Shown here piece by piece: positions 1 to 12,200 of a stretch of 64,000 nt of DNA. The notes under the pieces were generated by a model, which did no database searches, was not told where the DNA came from, and was given only the letters and a program-made list of their open reading frames with translations. Source of the stretch: Raillietiella orientalis (Eukaryota); NCBI GenBank assembly GCA_036172245.1, contig JAYWIR010000041.1, forward strand, positions 1,116,001 through 1,180,000. Direction: 5' to 3'. Every line of letters begins with the position of its first letter. The first letter of the stretch is position 1. The translations under genes and the position numbers were made by a program.

Positions 1-508
1 ATGACAGAGTGCTTTCACGAAACACGAGACGAACACCGCCAAAGGTGTGATCAACTGACCACTTAACATTCAAACACTGATTGATGATTCCGTTGGCTGT
101 AGCAACTCGGCATGGCATCGCATGTCGATGTGAGTGTAGGCATCAAAGGGATACGCAAAGCAGCGTCCAACGTCCAGCTTCCTCAAACTCTACACACACA
201 CAGCAGTGACACGTTGCTAGGATCTGAGCACTACTGCAAAATATCAGATCACGCGGATACGCGAAGGAATGCGACGAGCAGAGAGTGCTACTACTTAAAT
301 AACCGTATAAATGTTTGAGGTCCCAAACAACCCCTATTTCTTCATTCATCAATATGTTTCTCTCTATCTATCTATCTCTCTCCCTTATTCTGCAAACTAT
401 AAATTTTCTTTGAATTACTTTCCGTTTCTCGAAGACACACGGGGAACGCAAGCACGAGGAAAGTGGAGAACTGACAGAGAGAAACAACAAAACGAAATGT
501 TCCATTAC

Positions 509-609
509 TTCTTTTCTAGGGAACACCATCCGCATGAAGGGTCTCTTGAAGAAAGGCACTGCATACAATCTGGATACCAGTGGCAATTCTCCAGTTTGAT
601 TTGGAACAC
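509..609 (-). CDS. PlexB: Plexin-B coding exon 4 (start of first PSI domain); gene continues beyond the window
   Basis: Acceptor tgtttcag|GTG, donor GAA|GTAATG (phase 2). Encodes VFQIKLENCHWYPDCMQCLSSRDPSCGWCSLEK, the canonical PSI pattern C..Y..C..CL...DP.CGWC. Confidence 0.95.
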
Positions 610-2710
610 CTGAAACACACACATGACTGTAAGGGAGGGAGGAGACGAACAGAATCGGATGAGATTATTCAAAACATGGCAGTGGATGTGCACGCGAGCG
701 GTTCTGAAACAACGTGGGGGAAGGGGAGGGGAGGGGTGTTCATCCGCGGCACCCACAGGGTACGTGCTGCATGCTTTCCGGAAGCAGCTCGCGAAAACAT
801 CGTGCATCTACGAGGAGGAAGATTGCTGACAAAACACCAACATTCAGATGCACCCTGCGCCACCATTCCGTATCGCGCGAGAGACGACGCAGAGTGTATC
901 TGGCTGCCACTGCATCCAGATAGTTGGCGCCTTATTTCACAAAAGCAATACACGTAATTCAAAAGTCATCATTAACGGGAACAGCGTGAAGGGATGCAAG
1001 GGTCCGGAACCGACCTAGAGATGCCATCTTCCGGGAGTCTGTGAACAAAAGCGCAAAAGAACATCACAAGAAAAAAAAAAAAAAAAAAAAAAACCCACCT
1101 GCGGACACACATGCACATACACAGACCGCAAATGCATTGCAAACCGTGTTTACCGCAATCGATTTCTTACAAGGGATTCGATCGAAGTGATGTGCACGTG
1201 TGTGCAGGTGATGCACGCACACACGCAGTCCGAAGCCCGCGCATGTGAACACAGCAAACGTACTTACGAAGAGGAGTGCTTCTCACAGTTTAATCTTCTG
1301 GCCTCGACACCCCGGCTCGAGAGAGTGGCTGTGGGATCTTAACACAATGTGTAAATTATGTGTTGTGTGTTTCAAACTTTACGGTACTGGCTCTAAAAGC
1401 TCAAAATTTACGATGTTCGATCCGGATCACAAAACGCTCCCATTGCACTCGAGGGCACACTCTCTCCCGAAAGGAAAAAGAGCAGGAAAAAACACAAAAA
1501 AAAAAGGCGAATACATCGACGACAAACATTCTTATGCGGATTTTAAAAAAAAAAAAGAAAAAAAAAAAGAAAAAAAAAAACGCTTAAAGCGGGGCGAAAG
1601 AAGGAACAATTTTTCCAGAAAGAGTCCTGGAAAAACTGTACGGATCTTCGAAGACCATTTCCGCTCCGTGTATGGGAAACAAGGGAAAGCTCAACGAACA
1701 CCAAAGTCCTGGAACACCACCGTTCGATCGCAAAGACACGTAAAAACAGTGGGGAATAATTCTTATATTCCTCTACGGTGAAGTCCCTGGCGAGAGAAAT
1801 CCACTTCTACTGGAGTCCTCGATGCATCTAAGCTGAGCAGAGAAGTTTCGCTTGGAAATGATTACAGAGCGTTTATCCGTCCTGGATCACGGGCGCATCC
1901 GGATAAATAAATCAGATGTTTTCAAATGAAATCCTACGCGAGAAAAACGAATGAATGCGACGGCCGAAGGAACGAAATGAAAGTGCACCAATCGGGGGAA
2001 CACGATGACACACATCCTTGGTTCCTGTTATCTTTTCGGTTTCTCCTCCCAGCTTCTCCGTAAGAACGGATTACTTGGATGCAAAAAGAAGAAGAAGAAA
2101 AAAGCGCGGAGAAAAACAATGGGGGATCCTGGACCGAATGATGTTTGAAAGATGGCGTGGATGCACTAATAAAACAAGGGGGCACTGAAACGCCGATTTC
2201 GCAATCCAGAAGGTTATAAAACGCGGTTCTTCCCACTTGTTTAAGTCAGGGAATTGGTGACACGTGTGACGTCTCCGAAGGACCCTGGCAAGTGGGAACC
2301 CGCTTGCTGGACCACTCACGCTTCACGAGAGCGCTCCTGGGGACAACGAAGACATGCTGAAACTGCAACATTCCGACTCCAAAAGAACAACCGTTCCATC
2401 ACTTCCATTTGTTCCTGAGATAGGAAAAAGGAAAAAAAAAAAAAGAAAGAAAGAAAAAAAGGATAGCTTCAGGCAAGCGTGGTTTGGTGCGTCCTCGGGG
2501 ACTCTGACGATTTCAAACAAAACGTGACAATGCTGGTAGCACTGCTGCTGTTTTGGTAGCTAATGGAAAATGGAAATCATGACTGTCGACTTTCACCCAC
2601 GAATCGTTACTCCCAATTCTACTTCGACTACTTCGAGGCAATAATGGAAAGACGGGAAAATAGAAAGAAAGCACACAGACGGGAAAAAAAATAAGAGAAA
2701 ATGAACTCGC

Positions 2711-2839
2711 CTTGGTTTTTGACATCACATAGAAGTATTCACCTCGGGAGTCGACCAGCATATCGGAATGAACAGGGGACCCGGTCTCCAGGTTGATTTC
2801 TTGGTATTCGTATGCACTGTTGAAATCCTGGACGGCCAC
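2711..2839 (-). CDS. PlexB: Plexin-B coding exon 3 (end of Sema domain, 43 codons)
   Basis: Acceptor catttag|GTG, donor AAG|GCGAGT (GC donor), phase 0/0. Encodes VAVQDFNSAYEYQEINLETGSPVHSDMLVDSRGEYFYVMSKTK, the expected EY.EI...G........YV.S..K last blade. Confidence 0.92.
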
Positions 2840-2940
2840 CTAAATGGGAATTGGAATTTTCTTCATGAACTGAGGTCACCTATTTGCACTCAATGGGAAT
2901 CCACGTGAAGGCGGGGACCGAATAATTCAAAGATGAAGCC

Positions 2941-2943
<3 letters not shown>

Positions 2944-3034
<91 letters not shown>
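2944..3034. repeat. (CA)n microsatellite, about 45 units, in a PlexB intron
   Basis: Uninterrupted CA run. Confidence 0.98.
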
Positions 3035-3036
<2 letters not shown>

Positions 3037-3526
3037 GGGGCTCCTTGGACCGAGAGAGGATGCAAATTTGCCATTTCACAATCGCAAGAATTCGGCCAAA
3101 GTACAAGTACTGTGACATCAAAGCGTTTAAATTACAAATGAAGGGAGACGCAACTGAATCCAAAAAAAAAAAATGGAAGAAGAAAATGATCGATTGTACA
3201 AAATTACAGAAGGCCTTTTCTTCCTCGACATCGATTTAGAGGTTGAAAAGCGCTTTTGCATTCTGTGCTTTGGCCACTTTCTACAAGAACAGAGAATGAT
3301 GGCCTACCGGCGCGACCGATTTCGAAAGCCGAAAAGAACATCTTTGCGCTCAAAGACCCAAAACTGGAAGAAGAAAAAGAAGAAGAAAGTCGTGCGGGAG
3401 AGAGAGAAACGCGACTTTCCGCCCTGGATTTTCGACATCCGCACCCTTTGTGGAAACGCAGCTTCCACCATCTCATATCATCACCGCGACGTGTTGGGAA
3501 GCAACATGGAAGCACTCGAGGCATAC

Positions 3527-3700
3527 CTTCTTAATGATTCCGGATGTCGTTCCAAGCAAGGCAACAACCGTCTGGTGAATTACGGTCACTGCAATCGAAG
3601 ACACCATCGGGGATGTGGTAAACGCAGCAGGTCTCGACAAGGGAACGCTCCCAGAGATCTTCAAGCCAACATCACAGAAACTGAACACGTCTCCGGACTC
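3527..3700 (-). CDS. PlexB: Plexin-B coding exon 2 (Sema domain, 58 codons)
   Basis: Acceptor ttctag|GAG, donor AAG|GTATGC, phase 0/0. Encodes ESGDVFSFCDVGLKISGSVP...LLGTTSGIIKK, matching the PlexB FC.VGLKISG...LGT..G.IKK segment. Confidence 0.95.
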
Positions 3701-3840
3701 CTAGAATGGACACCGGGGTGAATGTGTTCAGGTACACTCTCCTTCGAACGGAAACGGTCATCAGTGAACAGGCTGAGCAGAGGAACAAGGAAGGAAGGAA
3801 GGAAGAACACACGCTCGTGGTTCATAATAATGACACTTAC

Positions 3841-4986
3841 TCCTACTTGAGGGCACTGTCCTTCAAGAACGGATCCTGAAATGTAATCTAGATCTCGGTA
3901 TTTCATGCTTCCATTGAAGCACATGTGTATATTTTCATTGAAAGCCGCTTCGATATCAGGGATATTGAACAGGCAAAGGGAAGACTCCGGCAAAGGTTCG
4001 TTCGTGTGACCTTTGCTAGGAGAGAACACACCGAGCAAGACGGATTCTTGCGGGCTGATCTTCATGCTTTGGGCTAATCTTTTTCCTGCCTTGGTCAGTA
4101 CGGCGTCCTGGATGAGGCTGTAATTTTTACCCTGCGGACCGATACACTGCAAGGTGACCTCCGTGTAACTGTCGTAATTGGCGTCAGTCACACAGATTCG
4201 TGCCAGGCGCGTAACATAACCGGCTTCTTCTTGACCGGGTAGATGGGATTTCTTTTGCACGGTCACAAAATAGGCATGGCTGGACGTATTGAATCCGTAC
4301 ACATACTTGACCAAAAAGTTGTCTCGGTACTTCACGTCGATGCGGATGAGAGACTGCTTGGAAAAGGAATACTCGGCGAAATTGAGGTCGAAAAGGTTTC
4401 GACTGGACACTGCAGGAACATCGTGACGGTAATCTCCGTTCTTGGTAAAAGTCGTACCCACGTAAACCACGTTAACCTTCTGCCAAGAGTTATAGCGGGC
4501 AGGACCTATGAATGCATAGGTGGAAGATACATTGTCATTTGCTGCGATGCTTTTGGGGATGAATTCCGGAGTAGCGGAGATGTTTCCCAGTTTGTATTTT
4601 TCACAGGCACCTTGATGGACAGATCCGCACACCAACAGGGACTGGGATTCGTGGTCAATGACCAGTATCTTGTTGACATTTGGAGTGGGGACTTTGACCA
4701 CGTTGGCGGAGCTGCATCCTGTCGGATGGCAGGAGCTGCTGTCTAATCTCGGACCGGTAGATATCAGCGCTTGCGGCTGTAGGTTGGTAGAAAGCTGATA
4801 AAGGCGATTTACGGCACCGAGGTACAACGTGTCCCTGTTGGAATCCAAAGCTAAATGATTCAAGCTTGCGTTTTCTGTATCGTAAGTTGCAACTATGACT
4901 GATTTGTTTTCTGTCAGAACGTGGGCAACATGCATGAATCCTAGTAGTAGACATATTAGTTCGTCCAGATGGCAGGTCCGAACCAT
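3841..4986 (-). CDS. PlexB: Plexin-B, first coding exon (signal peptide and most of the Sema domain, 382 codons)
   Basis: Translation contains segments I recognise from insect PlexB: AAND..STYAF.GPARY, YVGTTFT..GDYRHDVPA.SSR, IDVKYRD.FLV.Y.YGFN, VQKKSHL, GYVTRLARIC.TD.NYDSYTE, ENIH.CFNG. ATG at 4986 follows an in-frame TAA and precedes a hydrophobic stretch. Exon ends GGA|GTAAGT (phase 0). The ORF-track extension to 3661 is intron read-through. Confidence 0.96.
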
Positions 4987-5011
4987 TCTAGGTAGCCGAC
5001 GACACCATTAT
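4987..5011 (-). other. 5'-UTR portion of the first coding exon, containing uORF MVSSAT* (5008-4988)
   Basis: Acceptor-like tgctttcag|ATA at 5012-5020. Minus strand reads ATA ATG GTG TCG TCG GCT ACC TAG A ATG. Confidence 0.7.
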
Positions 5012-5386
5012 CTGAAAGCACATCATTGACAGATGTATATCTGTTATCTCGATCTACTAGCGTTAACAAGAATCACAACAATTATTGGAACAATTAACGG
5101 CCTGCAAGAGTGGTCGTCGAAGAGGCCGGTGGTTCAGTGGGCAGACGAGCCTGCAATTAACAGATCATCCTATTCGATAACGGACCATTACTTCCCAGGC
5201 AAACGCGAACGCAACGGCTTTCTGCACGCATTGAATTTTCAACCGCCCGTATAGAAGAGGAACACTCCGAACAAGTGAATGTTCTCCCATGTTCCAATCT
5301 AACTGAAATCAGCCGACTCATGTGATTCAATGGAATAAGCTAGGCTGTGATGCTCGACGTACCGTCGGAACATTACTTGGGATGAA

Positions 5387-5389
<3 letters not shown>

Positions 5390-5419
<30 letters not shown>
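5390..5419. repeat. (TC)n microsatellite
   Basis: About 15 TC units. Confidence 0.9.
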
Positions 5420-5420
<1 letters not shown>

Positions 5421-8033
5421 AAAAGAAAGAGAGAAACAGACTTTGCATTGGCTGCGATCCGTCCAAAGAACAGGAAACCGAAACAGCCACAGGGGAAAAA
5501 AAAAAACACCTCAACTTGCCATATCAACTCAAACATGGAGAGAACTGGATAAGTGCAGTGTTTATCCAATCAAGAATGCGGATGAGAAGATCTTGCGCAC
5601 TGAGGAACAATTATAAACTAAATCGCACTAGCCAAAGGAATAACGCCAAATCCTCGTGACACGGGAGTACAAGAGAGGGGCAATCCAGACTTTTAAGAGC
5701 CAAAGTCCACATACAAAAAAAAACACACACACACACACATCGTTAAGGCACAGAAGAACTCTTTCTGACCATAACTTTCCAACACGGTTACGTTCTCGAA
5801 TTCGTCTGAATTGAGAGGTCGCCTTCGGGATGAAAACCCAAAAGTCCAACGAACGAAACCCGGAAGTTGGGGTGCAAAAACTGCCGCGAGACTTCATCCA
5901 GCTAAGACAGCATCCGCGGAACAGAAACAAAATAGGCATGCAAGCAGCCATTCAGGAAGTAAATCTTCAGGAGTTCCGAAGCAACAGGAAAAGAAAGAAA
6001 GAAAGAAAAAAAAAAATCTCGACTGCCTGCGAAAGGCCTGTGCACGAGGAAGGATTTGAGAATCAAACACTATCTGCTTCTTGTGTTCCAATATTGCAGA
6101 AGGTCCGAGCGCCCCTTTTTTGCGAACAAACTCGCAGGCAAAGCTCCTAACAGCAGCGATCCCATCGGATTAGTCCCCAGGACGCGCGCTTTCCTCTTTC
6201 GAAAAGCCGACACGCGGCCCGTGGCATAAACAGCCACCTCTAAAACAACACACACACACACACACACACACACTGGTGGTGTCCTGGCTCGAGTTTCATG
6301 TTGCGCCGAGTGACTTGGTGCACGTCCGACAAAGTGACAAATACGCACTGCTCCCGACCAAGAGCTCCTTCACCTTAAATAGCTCCTTTTGCTCATCATC
6401 CTTGAAACAAGGAAAAAGCGCGCTTGTCAGTTTCACTGTCACGTGCGTTTCATCTACTTGACGCTCTCATAAGATGCAAAGTAATGATGCTGGCGAATGA
6501 TTGCCCACTATCGAGATGGTCTCGGAGCGGTGTCCAGCCCAGAGCTCGGACTTGCGCCTCGGAAAAACGCGCAAACGGAGCGCATCAACCTGAAGGCGTC
6601 CGAACACCGTGATGGCGTGTTCGGAAGCTTAGGGGTAGTAGCATCTAGAAGATGAGGAGACTCCCTACAGGCAAAATCGGGCGACCGACTCGTCATGGTT
6701 TCGGATCTCCCGGACTTCTTCCGGGAAATGGGGAAAAAACGGAAGAGTGCAGAACGATGAATTAATCGGGAAGGCGAGCGACGAGCCATTTCACAGGCGC
6801 ACGGCTGAAACATTCATATGTGGGATGCGCAAACACTCGCATCAGCAGACCAAACATTCGTGTGTTTCTGGGCTCGGCGTGCACGCAATGCTCATTAGTT
6901 GCCGAATGCATCATCGAAAACCTTCCTGATGGAATTCGAGGATATGGATAAATAATGACACCTGGTGAATCCAGGGAACTCGTTGTACTTATGAGGGCAT
7001 GAATTTTTAACTCGTTCCGAAGACCTGCTGCAACCTCGGGAGAAGAAAAACTCGAAAGCTGCAGATCAAAAGTGAGCTTTCGTTCAAAACGGTGGGGGGG
7101 GGAGGGGACGAATTTCGCGAATCTGCATGTGCACGTAAACACACGAGGGATGGGATTCTCCCCGACGGATGCGAGGGAGAGGACTCGACGCAAAGGACTC
7201 GAAAACGTTCCGGGAGGAGCGCACGGTGGCGCATAAACAAAGGAGGAAGCCACGCGGGAAGGAGGAAGAAAGCACCACTCGAGGTAACGGGAAGGCAAGA
7301 AGAGCTTCTGCCGTTCGTCGACACACAACCGAGGAGGTCGATTTCTGGACAAACGCCGGTCCGCAAGGAAAGGAGCAAAGAGGAAACACGCTGTGCGGAG
7401 GGGGAAGAAGAAGAACAGGGAGACTGCTTCGACAGAGCATCAGCATCCTCAAATGATCGGAAGTGACACGCGATCCAAGGAGGGGGAGGAGGAAGTGCAA
7501 ACAAAAAAAATGCTTTCTGCTCCCGAACGCTGGAAGGCAGGCCCAGGGAATACATCAAATTAAAGCACTTAGGAGAGAGTTTCACCGTGTCCTGTTCCTG
7601 AAAGTAAAAACACGTGCGCGCGCTCCCAGCCGAATGCCGGGCAGGAAACGTAATGCGAATTAGTCCACGCCAGATTTTTGGGCGTTTCGCCTTGATTAAC
7701 CGAAGCAGACGTTTCCCGAAGACCATTCAGAAGCCATCTGGTAAGGTCTTGTTCACAGTTGCAATAGCGTGAAGCACTTTATTCCAAAATGTTACGGAAA
7801 TTACGTGCGACCACACAGGCTCCTAATGTGGAATAAATTGCTTTCATAAATCACGGAAATAAGAACCGAAGCCAATTAAAGTAGCAGCCAGCCTCGTCGG
7901 AAAAACAAGTATTCAGCGGAACACACAGTAAACATCATGTTAGGAAGATTCATCAAATGGAAAGAAAAGCATTCTTTTGGGTGCACAAGAGCAGGCTGCA
8001 CACACATCTTTAAAAGCTGCACATCGTAACGGT

Positions 8034-8036
<3 letters not shown>

Positions 8037-8121
<85 letters not shown>
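8037..8121. repeat. Compound (CT)n(CA)n microsatellite
   Basis: About 27 CT units directly followed by about 15 CA units. Confidence 0.97.
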
Positions 8122-8123
<2 letters not shown>

Positions 8124-11100
8124 CACGTTGTGGTTTTGAGAAGGAAAACGGCTATCAAATCAATAATCTGATAATGGCCAAAGCAAAGAGAGAAGCAATC
8201 TTGGAAAAAGGACCGTGGTGTGTGTGCACTCGCAGTTTTGACCTTTTTCTTTCCTGTTCTTTCTTGGGGGAGGGTTGTTTTTTTTTTTTTTTTTTTTTTT
8301 TGCCTCCTCTCCGATAGATGCGACTTGAAAACAACCAACTGAATTGATAGGATGTTGATTTAGAGAAACAAAAACCATAATGGGGCGAACTTTCGCCTAT
8401 TTGGGTGTATGAATCAAAGATCGAAAGATCACCTTAGCAGCCAATGGTCCCTCTCTCCCACACGCGTTTCGAGGAAAAGCTCTACGATTACCCCAGTCGT
8501 CGAAATCAAACCAGAATGCAACACCTTACTTCCCGAAGAAGGAAGTGTTCCTGGCCAAGTACGACTTTGGCGACGCGGGAATTAAAACACACACACACAC
8601 ACAATGCGTAAAATGGCGTATGTACGCAAAAATAATTTGAGTAATGTCGCCCATCCAAATCCTCAGCTTTTACTTCGTTTCGATGACTGCTGATGCCATC
8701 TCTAATCGGCAAACCATCTCCAACTAATCACATACCACAAGACACCACGGCGTAACACAACGACAAAAATACCGTCATTACGACTTTCTTTGACCTCACA
8801 GCAAATTAAATAAGAGTCTTCCTCGCTCAGGTTGCTCCTTTCCGTGATAGAGGAGGAAAAGTGAGGTGTTTGCACACCCCAGACTCGCAATTGTAGTGTT
8901 CGCCGTCACCGAACTCGCACCCTCGAAACAGCACAGAAGGAAGCAGCCAATGAACATCAAAATGCGCTTTTGGCGGTGTACCACCTTAAGACACACATGT
9001 ACCGGCTGTTGGGAGCGGGGAATGCAACGCCAGCCTTGGTCACACGCAACGAGGGGTAAGCGGGGGAGGGCATTCCAACTCCACGGATACCGGGAAAGCA
9101 ACGATTCCCAATCCAGCAATCCAGGATGTGACCCGACAAGTTCGAACACGCCGCCCTTCCAGAGAAACACGGGGAGGAGGAGGAGGAGGGAAGAAAAAAA
9201 AAAAAAAAGAAAGCATTCTCGGTGCACGTGATGGCCCTCGGCACCATCTGCGAGGCGCATTCAACGTGTACACCGTGTAAACACGGCGTTTGACAACACC
9301 TTCGGATGACAAACACCCTGCTGCACCGGGACGAAGTGGAACATGGAATCCCTCAAAAAACGGATTCAAGGAGAAATCCGAGCATTACACATTGCGGCCA
9401 TCAGTCAAAAATTAAAAATGAGGGTGATGTGGGTGAAGCGAGAGGACATGTGCAGGTCGTCCATCTTTGATCACACAATGCAGTCCCCCTCGGGGTACTT
9501 CTCGAGAAAAACTTCTCCTCCTCTCCCCCCCCCCCCTTGCTAAGATTTAAAACGGGAATTTTTTTTGTTGTCGTCGTCTTTCTTCTTGTACAATGATATT
9601 TTATCTCTGCAAACACAAAAAGCAAGCGAGCTGAAATTCGATGTTTACTACAAGCTGATAAGGAAATTCGACTGGATGATTAGGGAGGAGCATTTGCGAC
9701 CACAGGACGACCCACGCGCTCTTGCGTAATGCTTAGAAGAAGAAGAAGAAGAAAAGAAAAGAAAGGAAAAAAAAAAAAAAACTGGAAAACAAAACGCGAT
9801 ATAAAGCTGCGAACAATAAATCACGATCGGAAATAAACCACCCTAATATAGTCAGCAGAAAGAGCATTAAACGTAACTTATTCCAGCTCATAAAACTCAA
9901 ACTGACATAAACGACACCGTTCTTCTATAAGCGAAGGCTTGGAAGACAAAAAAAAAAAAAAAAAAAAAAAAAATGCAAACAGTCCAATGAATGTCATACT
10001 GCTTGAACACATGCGCTCGATTACAATCTTTTCAAAGCTCTTCCTCGTGGACGCGAACGCAGTTTGCATATACGTACACACACATTTGAGAACCTTTTTA
10101 ACTGCCTGCACTGGAAAGGGGGAAAGGAAAAAAAAAAAAAAAAAAGTCCTTACTTAAGAAGCGTTAAACGAAGGTCGAGGCAATTTTACTGCTTTTAACT
10201 GGGAAGGGAGATGAAATCCCCCCCCCCCCTCCCCTTTCCCAGCGAGTCCCTCAGCATCGACCGATTCGAAGCTGCCTCCACAGTCCTCGAGATCCAACTT
10301 TACTGCAGCCGGTGAGACGGCATCCGATCAACTGCTTCGAAAGCCCAGGGGCTTCCAGGAAAACCGTGGCGACCTTCGCACGCACCCTCCTTGCGGCAAA
10401 CACCACGGTGCTCTGCTCGTTACAAACGGCAGCGACCCCGAAGAGCGTGGACCCGGCGCGCGCAAGACAACTCTTCTGGGTGCTCCGACCCCGGAAGAAA
10501 CGCCCCACGGTGGGCTTCATAGCGTGCAATGCGACTACTTGGGTTATCATAGGGTTGCATTAATGTTGATTTTCAAGGTGCTACACGAATGGGAGGTAAT
10601 TGATAATGGTTTGTGTGAAATAATGTTTTAATCAGTAGGAACACTGGATAAGCATAGATTGTGTGAAGTGAGGATATGACACGGAATTTGGCAAACATTG
10701 GTTTCCACTGCAGCGACGCACACGGGACGGCTCGGGAAAGCTTCGATTCCGTGGTTTTCACCGAAGTGCGTGATCTCCGAGATGAGTACACCACGAGAAG
10801 GTTTCACGCATAAAACACACCGTCGCTTGGCAGCTTCGGTCTTGGGCCACGACCTCCTGGATGCACGTCGTCGTCATCGAGTCCAGTCTACCATAACTTG
10901 TACGTAGGAGCCCACACACACACACGTCGAAGTTTTCCGAATTTTGCACAAAAAAACTCGCTCTGCCTGCAGACTTTTCCGGAAAAATCCGTGGTTCCTG
11001 CCGAACACCTTCCTTCGGTTTCCACGAACCGCAAACACGAATAACTCACTCGAACGTCCGTGTCCAATTTTGCGGGAGAGAACGCTACGTGAGTGTGCTG

Positions 11101-11499
11101 GTGGTAGCTCCAAGTCCGTTTCGGGGATTCTTCCCCCGAGGCATTAACCGGACATTACAAGCGGCATCCATCTAACGCATTCTTCGGCATGGAGCAGCAG
11201 CAAAGGTGAACCGCGGCCGCACACGGAAAGCTCGCACGAAAGCAACGCGCTCCCAATTCTCGCGTTCTCTGAAATTTATCGATGAAGACCATCGCGGTGA
11301 GACGCGAATTTTTCATGAAGACCTCGGACGAGTTCCGAGAGCAGTGAACAGCCTGGACCCCGAAAAACGACCTCTCTCGAAACAGAGAACCATCATCCAT
11401 AAAGATGACTCATTCACGAAATGGTAGCATCCTGACTCGAGGTAATGTGCGCACTGCATCTCCGTGATAAGTTTGCTACAGAGACGAGGCTGAGCATGA

Positions 11500-12200
11500 C
11501 GCATGATGAAACCGAGACTGCACAGTTTTCAAGCGAAACTCCAGTGGGATGACCGGGCAGCAAACCATGGAAACCGCGAAGAGCCGAGACTCGCAGTTCT
11601 CAGCGCGACCAAAGACCGAGTTCCGAGGCGTTCCCGGTTTCGCGTCCAGTGCGCTACATCGGTACCTGCGAGGACCCACGTGCCTGGAATCCTCGAATCC
11701 CAACGAGCTGTTAAACCATCACCTTTTGCCTGCTTGCACTCTAGTGCTTTTGTTTACAGAGTTCCGTGGGAGGAAAAGTTTTCCCGTGCCTGCAAAGCCG
11801 TTTGTCTGGAGCGCTGCAGAAACCGGCGTGGGCACAGGGCGGAGGAGGACGACCGCAGAACACGCGATTCTGGACCAAACCGGGACATCGATGCCGCCTC
11901 GCACATCCGAGATCTCGCTCTTATGACACGCTCCGGGAACGGGACGGAGTCACGACTTTATCCCGTTCCCGTCACTGCCTACGCAGAAACGCCGGGAAAA
12001 AACCTCACTTCCCACAGCGCAGCTACAGAAAAAAAGAGGTTGCCGGGAGACCGACCACCTGCGCGGACCCAGGCAGCCACGTGCGCGTTGCCGGGGACGC
12101 GTCACCAGAGAGGCAACCGTGGTCGCCATGGAAGGTGGTGGCTCCGGTGATGCACACGGTTCACCGGGAAAAGGGGTGCGAAGGATCGGCAAGGGTGGCT
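11500..12200 (+). mobile_element. Highly decayed BEL/Pao-like LTR retrotransposon pol fragment
   Basis: Collinear degenerate motifs across frameshifts: KLQWDD...VPR (BEL L.WD...IPR), RSYDTLRERDGVTTLSRSR (integrase H...H.GV..TL..LR-like) and SPW/GG (APW.GG-like). Confidence 0.35.

Noticed and set aside
1..508. Search for the next PlexB exon
   Set aside because: No phase-2 acceptor followed by the expected continuation of the PSI domain. The exon probably lies outside the window.
1950..2330. Possible pogo/DDE transposase trace (GILDRMMFERW...SSHL)
   Set aside because: No catalytic motif or TIRs recognisable. Too weak without an HMM search.
3661..3840. 441-aa ORF suggesting a secreted Sema-only plexin
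   Set aside because: The extension is read-through of a 140-nt GT-AG intron. Homology resumes in another frame at 3700, and nothing in the sequence supports intron retention.
5123..5185. tRNA/SINE-like A box TGGTTCAGTGG with TTCGA at tRNA-like spacing
   Set aside because: The B box is degenerate, no cloverleaf forms and there is no second copy in the window.
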